A DNA stretch of 64,000 nt from Balanoglossus misakiensis (taxonomy: Eukaryota > Animalia > Hemichordata). Position numbers and translations under genes: made by a program. Positions within the stretch are counted from its first letter, which is position 1; the number at the start of each line of letters is the position of its first letter. Positions 1 through 11,106 of the stretch are shown one piece after another. The notes beneath the pieces are model-generated. The model did not search any database and was not told the DNA's origin. It saw nothing but the letters and a program-made list of their open reading frames with translations. Where the stretch lies: contig CM082593.2 in NCBI GenBank assembly GCA_040954595.2, positions 5,783,434 to 5,847,433 on the forward strand, in the 5' to 3' direction.

Positions 1-644
1 TAATTGCTTTTAGCGAGAATCGTCGAAAATAAACACTTCTGAGACTGGGGCCGATTCTCCGTACCTGTGTTTGGACAATGCACACCTTACTGAGCAACCT
101 TTCTACACCGCTGAGTGGGTGGGACGACGGCAATACGGGGAAATAAGTCAAGGGCCGAATTGCCTTTATATGGTATTGATTCGTAGAAATGTGTGGCGAT
201 TTCTTGGAAAGGCGCTGATAAACCACAGCCAGTAAATACCAGAAATACTTAACACAATGGTGAAGTTATTGAGTCTGGGGTCAAAAGGTGTGACAGCCAG
301 TACTTCAGCCCATTGTGTTGTTTGTTCTTTAAGTAGGTCATACATCGCGAACTCGGCAAGCTGTTAAATATCCGTAGTTTGCGCACGTAGGCTGCACACT
401 TCTGCGGCACTTGGCAACAGAGCGGATCATGAGAAAACAAAAGGCCTGGAACTTTCAAACACTAGTTGGTGCTCTTTATCCCGACATCCCATTCGGCACT
501 AACTCGTGGGGGTCGCGTGTCACCTATGCAAATTTAACCTAAGTTACCATGGCAAATTGAAATATAGCCAATGGCAATAATTTTCGGTTGGTACTGCAAT
601 CATTCGTACTAGTGTGCAGAGATACCAATTACCATCTTGTTACC

Positions 645-659
645 GGGGGGGGGGGGGGG
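645..659 (+). repeat. G15 homopolymer
   Basis: Directly visible. Confidence 0.85.
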
Positions 660-1349
660 TACAATTATACTGTAACTATGTACCGCATTACCAGTAACAT
701 AAGAGGGCGTGCCTGTACGCTCACCTGTTGCTTGATGGGCGGACCTCGGCAAACTTGAAGGAATGGCAGCTTCTTTCGACGTAGAGTCCTGCAAATTTTC
801 TCCAAGAAGTTCTCCAAAATCCTGGAACAAGTCATCCCCGACAGCGTTGGCGTTTATGCGTTGTTATCCGACGCGATCCTTGCATGGCGTCTACAAATAT
901 TCAAAATGCACCTGGTGAAGCCAGCTGTTTTAATAGTGGGCGTGGTCACTCGACCAATGGAAATCTTTGTACACGGCTAGTGGCCGCACGTGTTCCAATG
1001 TATATGCGTCAAGATTTGTTCATGGTTTATACCAGGTGTTGCAACGTTGCTGACGTTTCGAACGCCACGTGGAACAGCAACCATGCATCGTGTCGTTCAC
1101 CCATGACCCCCCGACGATGTCTCCCGAATTTTCGGAGAGCAAAAACCCTAGTTTGGGGCGGCGGGCGAAGATGCTGTCATTACATAGTAAGCTTACCTTG
1201 TCGTAGTGCAGAATTCACGGAAAATATCTGGAGGACTCGTCGACAGTAAAACATTCTTCGCACTTTCTCAGTTTTTGAACATTTTCCAATCAGCTTGTGC
1301 ATGTGATGAAGTTGTCAGCTATTGGAAATCCCAGACTCCGCGAAGACGA

Positions 1350-1364
1350 TCACTAGAGGGCGCT
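1350..1364 (+). promoter_or_regulatory. CTCF-like motif TCACTAGAGGGCGCT
   Basis: Near-perfect match to the CTCF core CCACTAGAGGGCGC. Confidence 0.45.
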
Positions 1365-1529
1365 CTCAATAATACCACGTGCACAACTAGCTGTGCATTT
1401 TGACTGCCCGATTCGGAATTCATTTTCAGATCGCATAAAGTCTTGCTGAGCACGATATAAAACGGCATATGATGAATGTTGAAACGACCCAAAACGGGCC
1501 AAGCGACCATAAACCGGCTGAAACGACCT

Positions 1530-3801
1530 ATTTCATCAAGTTTTTAATTTTATTAACAGAATAAGAAGATCTCCACATGAAACAGGCAAAAATAAGCTTT
1601 CTGCTAGCACTTTTATTCTCAAAGAAAGGTTTGATTTTTCTACATGGCAAAAGATTGGGTATAATGTTCTCTACATTCATCGACAGACGTGAAACGCTAT
1701 GACTTGTTTGACATGAAATGATCAGCTGCAGTCCCCTAAACACATGTGCTGTAATCTGATTGGGTCTCACAGGCCACATACAGTGCCATGGCAACAGTGA
1801 TCTTGCACATTTTCAAGATCTACTTTTTTGAAACCCTACCAACAACACCTTCAGGTACATAATGCAAATGAAAACCAATAATAAATTAAAAAGCAATTAT
1901 CATTAGTATACACAATTACAGTGCCTTAAAGTTTTTGTTCACAATCATTCCACTTCCTTCAAAAACTTAACATTTCAAATACAAATATCTTTCCAATTCA
2001 ATAACACATACTCAACAAGAAATCAAGGGGAAAGTCTTTCAGAGGTTGACTTTCAATTGTACATAATAATGCCAAATGAAATCTTTAACATGTTGAATAA
2101 ATTCTTTACCTCGTACAACCGCAAAATAATTACAAAAAAGAGACATAAATTAAAGTTTACCTTCATGATACAAAGCGACATTAATTTTTTGTATTAGTTA
2201 AAAAATAAACAGTTCACAACATTACAATTTCAATTTAACAGTAAACACAACTGATCTGAATTTTACAGACCATTTAATGTAAAATACAGAATATACGAGG
2301 ATCTTTGACAGGGGGAATGCTGGGAACATTAATTAAGTTCTCTATGAATATTCGTCACATTGCACAAAGGGTTTGATTGGCTAGTAAGAACCATGGATAT
2401 TCATTAAATTACACTTAGAGTGTAACAGATAAACATAACATGGATTATTCTTCAAGATTATTCTTCAAGATGAAAGAACTATTGGCAGATTTGTTATAAA
2501 GTAGCACTTGTGTGATCAAATGTCTTGTAGCAGCATATATTATCATTCAAGTATCTAAATATTATAGTTCACCATTTGTAAATGACCTTCGACCCTGGTT
2601 AACTGACCACCGATATAAAATTTTCGGTAGCACACTTTTGCTAGGTGTTAAGACGCTCACCATCTAACAAACCAGAACCTCGGTACACACACAAACTAAA
2701 TTTTTTTCCACAGATTCAACAATAAGGTGTGTGTACATACAACCACAGCCAGAGACTCAGGCACCAAGTACAGGACTTAATCACTCTAGACTCATAATAA
2801 AAATCAACCGTTAATTATTTTTTTCATCAAAAACTCATCACAGAGATGTATTTAAATAACATCGCAGAATCTACATTCAGTGGAATGGTAATTTTCAATC
2901 ATGCAGCATTTTAAAGATTCATTGTAAGTTGAAACAATCTGTAGTTGGATCAGTAGCCAGGCATATTGCGTATCTATGGTGGTTTTTTCCCACACAGTTG
3001 TATAGAGGACAGTGGATGGCGGATATCAGCTGATGCATTACATGCATGGGACTTAGGGGGGCTGGAATTGAGACCACTCAAGTTCAGTACATTTCACTCC
3101 AATCGTCCACTACCTGGTTCAACAAATTCTCCGTGTACTTCACTGTTGAACCAGATTCTGTTATGATGTTAAAAATTCCCCCACGAAACCCAGCTAAGTC
3201 CAGCTCGCTGAGCCTAATAGGGAACGCAGTGTCACGACTTCACAACTCCAACCCGACAAACTCCCTCATAGCAATCACTCAATCCCAAGATAAAATCAAC
3301 TTTTAGTAAAATGTTGAATGATTTATAATCTACTGAATACCAATAATAAAGTCTATAAGATATAATTTTTAAAGAATTTTTAACAGACCTACAATCATTG
3401 GGAGGTTAACATGCTATTAATGGTCTGACAGATTATTTTCTTTTTAGTGGATTATGACATGAATGCTAATCCAGATTTTATGATGGAATAAATGAACAGT
3501 ATTAACCTGAATACAAACTTTAGTTTGATTTTCGGAATCATTTCACTGTATTTTTAACAGAAGTTTCCAAGACAAAGTCACAGATTATGTTTCTGATATT
3601 ATCTGGTTGGTGTCTTCATTTAAATCGTGTGGAAATAATTTGCACGATATCCATGCATGAACAGAATTTCTCAAGATGGTTTGCTAAGAATCAAGGAAAT
3701 GTAAGGAAAGAAAAGATCATCGCAGAAGCTATGCTCGAAGCGGACTAAATGCTTACAAATAAATGCCAAGGGGGGTCAGTGGTCATGGAGATTCTGGTCT
3801 G
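1530..3801 (-). other. NCOA4: Probable long (~2.3 kb) NCOA4 3'UTR
   Basis: AT-rich sequence, U-rich on the minus strand, after the TAA at 3802. AATAAA on the minus strand at ~1549-1554, immediately before the CpG-rich promoter region to the left. Confidence 0.45.
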
Positions 3802-6800
3802 TTAATTGGTGTAGTTCAGCAGCCACATGTGGTTGCTGACGTTCTTCTCGTGGAAACACGGAAAGAGGCCGTCGTTTTCGGCCATGTGGATTTCCACGGT
3901 TTTGCCGCCGATGCTGATCGTGTCGAACTCGTCCGACACCTCCATGGAGTTATCGACCAGCAGCCATTTTTCTTTCTCGCTGTCGTCGTGGTGGAAGATT
4001 TCCGAGAAACCGGTGTCCTCGGAGCAGAGCATCGTCTCGTCTTGGTCGTCTGCCCGCTTGGGCAGCCAGAACGAGGCCGATGTCTCCCCGTGGAAGACAT
4101 CCAGTTTCTCCGAGAGCGAGTTGCAGTGTTTGGGGAGGGGGGTTGGGGAATTCTGGTCGCTGGGCTGCGTCTTTAACCACATGGACATGTCAGAGGAGTT
4201 TTTATCGAAGTATGCCAACTCGGTGCCCGTGATATTGGGAGTTGGGCACGAGGACTCCTCGCTCTTGTAACCGGCCAACCAGAACGAGTTATTCTGCGGC
4301 AGGTTTTTCAGGTAGCTATCTAAGGGAGACTGTGCGAAGACACAGGTCTGCGAAACGCCACCTGCCGTGGGCTTGTCGTTCAACCAATCAGAAATCTTCG
4401 TCTCTTTGATCAGGCAGAAATACTCAAAGACGGCGCTCTCCTTGGCCTCCTCCCGCAGTGCCAGACTGGCCTGGGGTCTCAGCCAATCGGAGTTGTCGGT
4501 GTTGCCCTTACCCCAACCCATGAACAAATCGTACGGGGACCCTGATTGGTTGAACTGCGACCCCATGCAGTGAGAATCGCACACGCACTCCGAGGGGAGG
4601 TGGCATTTCTCGTTGGCGATGCAGACGTCTTCAAGCACCTTTCGTTCGTTCTTGGTGTCTCTTCTCTCGGCAGCCAACCACTTGTCCTTCTCGGACGGCA
4701 GATCCTTGAAGAACTCGCCCAATCCATCGCTCACGCACAGCAAGGTGTCAAGATTTTCGATCTCAATCTACAAATAGAATACAACACTTGATATTAAAAA
4801 CATCACTGTTTTTGACAACAGATACAAATGGAAGGCATGGTTTTCTAACAAGCAGATTACAATTGCAAAGAGGACCAGCATGCTGCAATTAACTCAGATA
4901 AAAACTTGAATGAATCGGAAAATCACCAGCTACCTTGCTAGTTCAGAGACAAACATGGCATTGATGTATTAAACTATGACAAAATGGCTGCCTCAGCTGA
5001 TCAAGATATATTACAGATGAAGGGCTTATTTCACATTAGCTGTTTATTTATTTAACCTGAAAAACTGGGCATATATTCTACCCACCTGCTGGGGCTGTGC
5101 CTTGGAAGAATTGCAGCATGTACCGTTGGTCTTGCAATCTTTCTTCTCAGCTTGGCTGGTCTCTTCTTCTTGCCTGGCTTCGTACTGCCACAACCAATCC
5201 TTGACATCATCCGACAGCTCTCTGCAATGAATCCACAAACAGAACAGGCATGTTTCATGTCAGTAATGCATCAAGACATTAAAACAATAGAAATGCTTAA
5301 ATAAAATACAGAGGAGTCATTGTGATTGTTGTATCAGACTTATTCAGACTTCACTAAGGTACTCACCTGAAATACTTCATGACAGCATAGGGATAGTCCT
5401 TGCCATAGGTGTAGGAAGCACGGATTCTGTCAGCATCCAACAACCAATCGTTGGCGGGAGAGGCCTGCACCTGGGTGAAATAGGGCGTCATGGTAACCTT
5501 CTCCTCATCCGCCTCCTGCTCTTCCTCGGCACTGCTGTCGACGGAGACGACGTCACTCCCGGTCTTGCTGCGGGCCAGCAAGACGAAGTCGTCCTCCGAC
5601 GAGGTGCTGCTGCTGCTGCGGTAGCCGACCGGGACGTGGTGCAGCCATTTCTGCACGTCGTCCGACTTCTTGACCGCCGCGGTGGTGGTGGCGGTGGATG
5701 GTTGGGGGCACTTGCTGAACGGTGGGAAGGTGACGTCTGGCACGGTCTCGGCTGGCGAGTTGGTGGGGGTGGGCGCCTTCATCAACCAGTCTTCAGTGGT
5801 GGTAGCCAAGTTGGGAACACACACCTGTACAAAGAAACACACACTTAATATTACATCTTCGCACAAAGTAACGCCAAATTCCGTATAAACAGAAATGCTA
5901 AAATTATCATGCTAAAAATTTATTAAATGTGGATTAAAACAAAAGCAATTGATACAAGTTTTGTTAGAGGCAGACTTTTCGTATGTACTTTTAAAGTTTA
6001 ATTTTTTTTCTGCCTTTTTTTGGGCAAACACTTTAAGTGCTTTGTACAAACACATCAATTTGCATTCTCTGCATGTTCATCTCTCTACTCAGGCTTAGAA
6101 CTGGACATATCCATCAGACGACGCATGACAGCAACGAGTAATCATCCAGGGTACGTTCAAAAGTTCAACAGGTACATGCTACTTTGCCCCTCACTGACTG
6201 ACACCATTACAAGGTCCAGCAACATCAACAACAATCTTTGTGTGGCACTCTGCGCATTCATGTATCCACTAAAAAGCTTTAGTTCACATGTTTGCTACAT
6301 ATTATCCCCAATTGTTTTCGGAAATGCCAATATCAAAATGGTGGGCAGCTGCTTGTACCAACAATGAACACAAACCAGTAAAACGTTTATTGAGACATGG
6401 CCATGTACTTTGACCCGAGCTCTCATCAGATGGCTTGACCGCTGTCAACCCGACTTTGTCATTTCGGATCACATGATTTGCACTATACCCATTGTGTGTT
6501 GATATCTTATCTGTGTGCAGCCCTGTGACCGATCAACACTATCTGTGACCCAGACAGAACATCAACAACAACAACAGCATCATCATCAACAACAACAACC
6601 GAAATCTGCTCAAATGGCAATGAATATGATCTTACCAAGCAGTAGACAACCCTTCCTGTCTATCAATGCACGTTTCAAAATGACAAACCACTAATCGATT
6701 CCTATGTTAAACCCAAGGACATTGCGGACAATGACTGAATTCTGATGTTTTCTCTGTCAATATTCCTTCACTCTATTTCATTGTGAAGTGCATGTTTGAG

Positions 6801-8562
6801 AACACTTTTCTCCATGATCACAAAATTCTAGATCACTTTTAACATTCCCGATCACCTAGCAAAACTATGCTACACAGCCAGTGATTCTTGATATAAAAGC
6901 ATGCATAATAGAAAAAGTATATTAATAGCCATAGCACACTAACTATGACGCATTCACTCACTGTTGGAGATATTCAACAAATGTGGATAGATTATTTAAA
7001 CAGCAGGAAACAAACACACACATAGCAACAGTAACCACAATAGCTATTGGGGTGATTTGACAAAAACAAGTTAACTTTATCACTGACACTGGCCTACATT
7101 TAGAAGAACTTTGTCCCATTGCTATGACAACATTCTACAGTATCCACACTATGCACCCCAGTCGACAGGCTGTCACTATTTCTAGATCATTCGGTTCAAC
7201 GCTCCACACTCAGGCATCTGTTTTTAGATCTACCCATACTGTGCATCACTGTGTTTTTTCAGTTTTTCAGTTTTCCACACAGATGGTGACCTGTCTACTG
7301 ATAAAATATTTAATTCCATTCCATTTATAGTCTTAGCCATCCACACGTGTGACCATATGGTTTATTGATATGGAAAAAATGTGAATTTCGTGTTCGTGTT
7401 GCTGGAATTTCAAACAACACAATAGTGAAATGTAAGCTAAATACCAAGTCTACAGTAACACAAATAACTGTAATCTCTTCTGAGGCAGCTGATACAAGAA
7501 ATCCTGACACAGCAACAAGGACATCTCGCAAACAAAGACTGACCTTGTGCTTCTGTTCCTGGTCTTTCAGCTCGGCCAGCGTCTTGTACAAGACGTGGTG
7601 GTCCAGGTCTTCGTAGTCCTCGAACGGTGACGGCAGACTGCTGCTGGGCAGCGTGGGATCGGTGAAGGCCCGTTCCTGATTCACGCTGACGTTGCGGCTG
7701 TCGATGCGGCCGAAGCTATGGATCATGTCGCGCATGGATTTCCGGTCGGCCCGGAAGCAGACGCTGGAATTCTCTTCCGGAGTGAGGTTGAGAAGAGCCA
7801 TTCTGAAATGAGGGAAACATGAGTAAGTTCAAATGTAAAATGTAGTCCATCAAAAAGCTGCTAACGGACGTGATTTCTTTTTTGGAAACTTCACTGACTC
7901 AACTCAAGGGTCGTTTTTTTTTACCTGTTCAGGTTCTCGGTGAGCTGACGTTCCACCACCTTGGGATCAGCATCCTCGTGCAAGCCCTCCATGTACTGCT
8001 GAGTGTAGGTGACGCAGTTCTTCAGAGATCCCAGAGTCTGGTTCAACTTGGCCACCTGCAGACGCAGGCCCTCCTCCTTGGCATGCTGGATGGTCTCCAC
8101 TTGGTTCAGCAACCACACCTCGCGGTTCCTCAGAGCCTCCAGCTGACGGCTGATGCAGCTGTGGATCTGACCCTTGACCTGTGAAAGAAACACCAATGAT
8201 GATGTAGAAAACTGAAGGGAAAAAAATGATCTGTCCGTTGTGAGAACTATAGCCCACACATCATCATTTTTTTATCAACAGCTTCCTTGATACCCCAGGT
8301 TCACAGTATGAAGACTTCACACAGACAAACAACTCCCCCTTTTGTGATACACATTTCCAAATCAACCAATAAACACGCATAACTTGTTCTAAACGCACAT
8401 GACTACACTTTTCATCCCTACCTCCAATCCATTGATCTTCAGATTCTTCTTGGTGTCTTCAACCTGACGGATTGCGTCTTCCAAGATAGCGATGTTGTGC
8501 TTGACTTCATTGACAAGCTGCTGCTGTCGGCTGGATTCACAACTCATGGTTGAAAAACTCAT
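3802..8562 (-). CDS. NCOA4: Nuclear receptor coactivator 4 (ARA70-domain ferritinophagy cargo receptor), ~737 aa; coding exons 8562-8422, 8178-7925, 7802-7544, 5824-5367, 5221-5086, 4767-3802
   Basis: All junctions are GT-AG with consistent phase; total 2214 nt. The N-terminal ARA70 coiled coil (VKGQIHSCISRQLEALRNREVWLLNQVE...LNLTPEENSSVCFRAD...IHSFG), IEIENL, VCIANEKCHLPSECVCDSHC and FCLIKETKISDWL match recalled human NCOA4 motifs (EIENL, [33 protein letters not shown]). The start may instead be the ATG at 8547. Confidence 0.93.
6560..6599 (+). repeat. Imperfect (CAA/CAT)n trinucleotide repeat in an NCOA4 intron
   Basis: catcaacaacaacaacagcatcatcatcaacaacaacaac. Confidence 0.7.
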
Positions 8563-9438
8563 CGAAGCATCAGAGTACAACTACAGATAGAATCAATACA
8601 ACAAGACAGATCAGTACGGTGACTTAATCAAACATGTGTTAGTGGCCACCCCTGTATAATTCAAACTTGTCTCTGGTGCCCACTTTGTTACAGTTAGTGT
8701 ACCTGTGCAATGTCCTTGTACAATGTATATAAGGTGACTTATTAATTATTACAAAATCAGATATCACATACAAGGACTTGTTTAATTTTAAACTCACGAA
8801 TATCATCAAATCATGGATTTAATCATAGCAATCCATGCGTTCATAAAAACTGCCTCGTCATTTTAACCTTTACCGTGTCACGTTTCACAAGCCGACAATC
8901 CACCCGTATGAAGTGGACTTTAAACAGTCTGCACACTCGGCTATTGTATGTTGATACGTCAAATCTGGGGCAATGCTTTGTTAGGTTTGGCACAGATTCC
9001 ACCTACTTGCTGAACTGTACTGGCCTGGGACATTTCATAAATTAACCTAAACTGAACCCAGGTACATAACACAGTGAACCAAATATGCAAGAAAACAACA
9101 CTGGGCATAAGATTCAGCTCACGCTCAAAACATTGTTGAGGGCTCAACTTCCTTGTTTTAGTGCAGTAATTAAATTATTAAACTTATAAAGAAAAGAACA
9201 TTTTCATTATGGCAATCACACATTAAAGTATATCATTTTGAATATCTGCGCGAAGATGGTATTTACATTAAGACAGAAAATTCATAGGGCCCGTAGTTGT
9301 ACGGTCTGGATTTACATTTATATAATAAATTGTCTACTGTTTTGTTATTGTGTTACCAATAGCCATTATGCATGCATGTGGGTTTTTAATTGGAGTCTGG
9401 AGCCCTGACCACAACAAGGCGGATTGGGGAGTTCCCAA

Positions 9439-9454
9439 CCCCCCCCCCCCCCCC
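9439..9454 (+). repeat. C16 homopolymer (G16 on the NCOA4 sense strand, intron 1)
   Basis: Directly visible. Confidence 0.85.
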
Positions 9455-10008
9455 TCCATGATGCGCTATGGAAACATTCAAACCCTATTTCGGGATACTG
9501 ACTACACATCGCTCTCGATTTCAGTTTCACTTTTACAGCAAAAACGGAACGATTGCATGGCTTCTTTCTGTACATGACTGAAGCACAGAAAAAGATAAGA
9601 TAGTGCATACAGTGCATTGTAAGCTAGTCGCCATTTTGTACCCTAATTTAGACACGTAGACACAAGATCGCAGTCGCCGCTTTCATGCCACATAAATGTC
9701 AGTTGGAATTATTTCACCACAACAAATAAAGAAAGCCATAAAAGATGAATTAACTGCAGGAAGTTTACGAATCGCGACATCCAGTTGATCGGGACACGCT
9801 CTCGAATCGTGATGCGATCGACCACAACATGGCGATCAACACCGCTCGACCAGCGACCAAAACATAAGTATACTTTCAGTTGAGCGGCAATCGCACCTAC
9901 CAATATTATGATTTCAGCATCTAGTCAAAAGTAGCTAGTGAATACGACACAAATCTAACGCAAAATGTTCCAAAATATGGGGAAAATCTTAACAATCCCA
10001 ACGCTTAC

Positions 10009-10060
10009 CTTCAAGTTAAGGAAGGGCGATGTCAATATGGTTGCTCCACCGGCATCTGCA
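10009..10060 (-). other. NCOA4: Probable non-coding first exon (5'UTR) of NCOA4, spliced to the acceptor at 8580
   Basis: Strong donor GAAG|GTAAGC at 10009/10008 just downstream of a CpG-rich promoter. The exon 8580-8422 has a TAG acceptor upstream of the ATG. The 5' boundary is approximate. Confidence 0.65.
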
Positions 10061-10250
10061 AGTATATAATGGTCTTACTCGACGTCACAGATACCTAAAC
10101 CAATCAGCTCCCGTCTTACGTGGGGATTTTAAACTTACGCTCCAGAACGGGAAACGTGATTGGACATATTTTCCCGGTGCCGTGTCGGCGAAAAGGTCGT
10201 TGTAAATTAGGTCATGACCTTCAAGAAGTTCAAGATAGATACGTGTCTAC
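10061..10250 (-). promoter_or_regulatory. NCOA4 core/proximal promoter
   Basis: TATA-like TATATA at 10063-10068, CRE-like TGACGTCG at 10080-10087, CCAAT boxes at 10100-10104 and 10159-10163, RCGTG cores at 10117, 10154 and 10240, and local CpG enrichment. Confidence 0.55.
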
Positions 10251-10533
10251 CAGGGGCGGTTGATACAGTGTGCTATAGTACTTCATCGTGTACATTCATA
10301 CAGTTATCTATTTTCATAAAATTAGACAAAAATCGTCTTTTGATTCTTGTAAGATGGAAACAGTCATTATTTCAAAAGGTCATGGTCATCATCCTGACTG
10401 AAAATTCAAGGATAACGCTCATGTTTGCACACGTAAAAGTAAACTGCATTGACATGAATTCCGAAGTGAAGTTCTAAAAATGAAATATAACGCCAATCAA
10501 GCCATGTTGTTGTTGACAGAATTTACTTCTGTA

Positions 10534-10539
10534 TTTATT
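10534..10539 (-). terminator. Probable polyadenylation signal (AATAAA) of BLOC1S2
   Basis: AATAAA on the minus strand ~570 nt downstream of the stop codon and upstream of the NCOA4 promoter. Confidence 0.5.
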
Positions 10540-11106
10540 CAGGTAGACTACTGACAGGCAATTTCTAAATAGATAAAAACAAAATATCAAACACAAGAAG
10601 AGCGATAAAAGTGTAAAAAATGATGATAATCGCTGAATGAAGTTTGATGGTACATTTCAGAAAATAAACAAATACCAGTAAATGAAAACTGCTGATGGAA
10701 ATTAAAGTTACAAACAGACGTTCTGAAATATGGAATAACTATTTTTAAATGGGTATACATGGTTTGCGATGGTTTCTCTGACCATATTGTATATTCTATT
10801 TACATACGTAATTGCTCAGAATAATGGTCAAAACACAATAAAAATATCTTGTTTCAACCTGCCATGCTTTAATTACATAGTTGCAGACTGACAAGCTTTC
10901 CTATTCTAATCTTCAATATAGCATTTGCCATGTTGACTGACACAGGAAGTGTTTAAATACTACATGTTCTGTGTCATCACAGACGCGTAAATACATGTAT
11001 GTACATGTGACATACACAGTCCACTGCCTCAGCCAGCTTGGCAAGGTTTACACGTATGTATTCACGTCTATTTAAATACTCTCTACACCAATGGTCCATC
11101 CGTTCT

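Larger units (their letters stand above)
1..1520 (-). promoter_or_regulatory. CpG-rich promoter and candidate first exons of an unidentified minus-strand gene extending left of the window
   Basis: High CpG density; CCAAT boxes (~568, ~954, ~1286); GC boxes; an E-box CCACGTGG at ~1065. Strong minus-strand donors CAAG|GTAAGC (1197), CAG|GTGAGC (725) and CAG|GTACGG (65), and an acceptor TTTGTAG| at 891. Confidence 0.5.

Noticed and set aside
2443-2470. 13-nt tandem duplication GATTATTCTTCAA x2
   Set aside because: Only two copies; a simple slippage event, not an array.
3763-4791. Plus-strand and alternative-frame ORFs overlapping the last NCOA4 exon
   Set aside because: These are shadow ORFs caused by GC-rich codon usage of the real exon.
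1530-10060. Iron-responsive element in NCOA4 UTRs
   Set aside because: The CAGUG loops on the sense strand (~3141, ~3544) lack a paired 5-bp upper stem with a bulged C, and I saw none in the 5'UTR.
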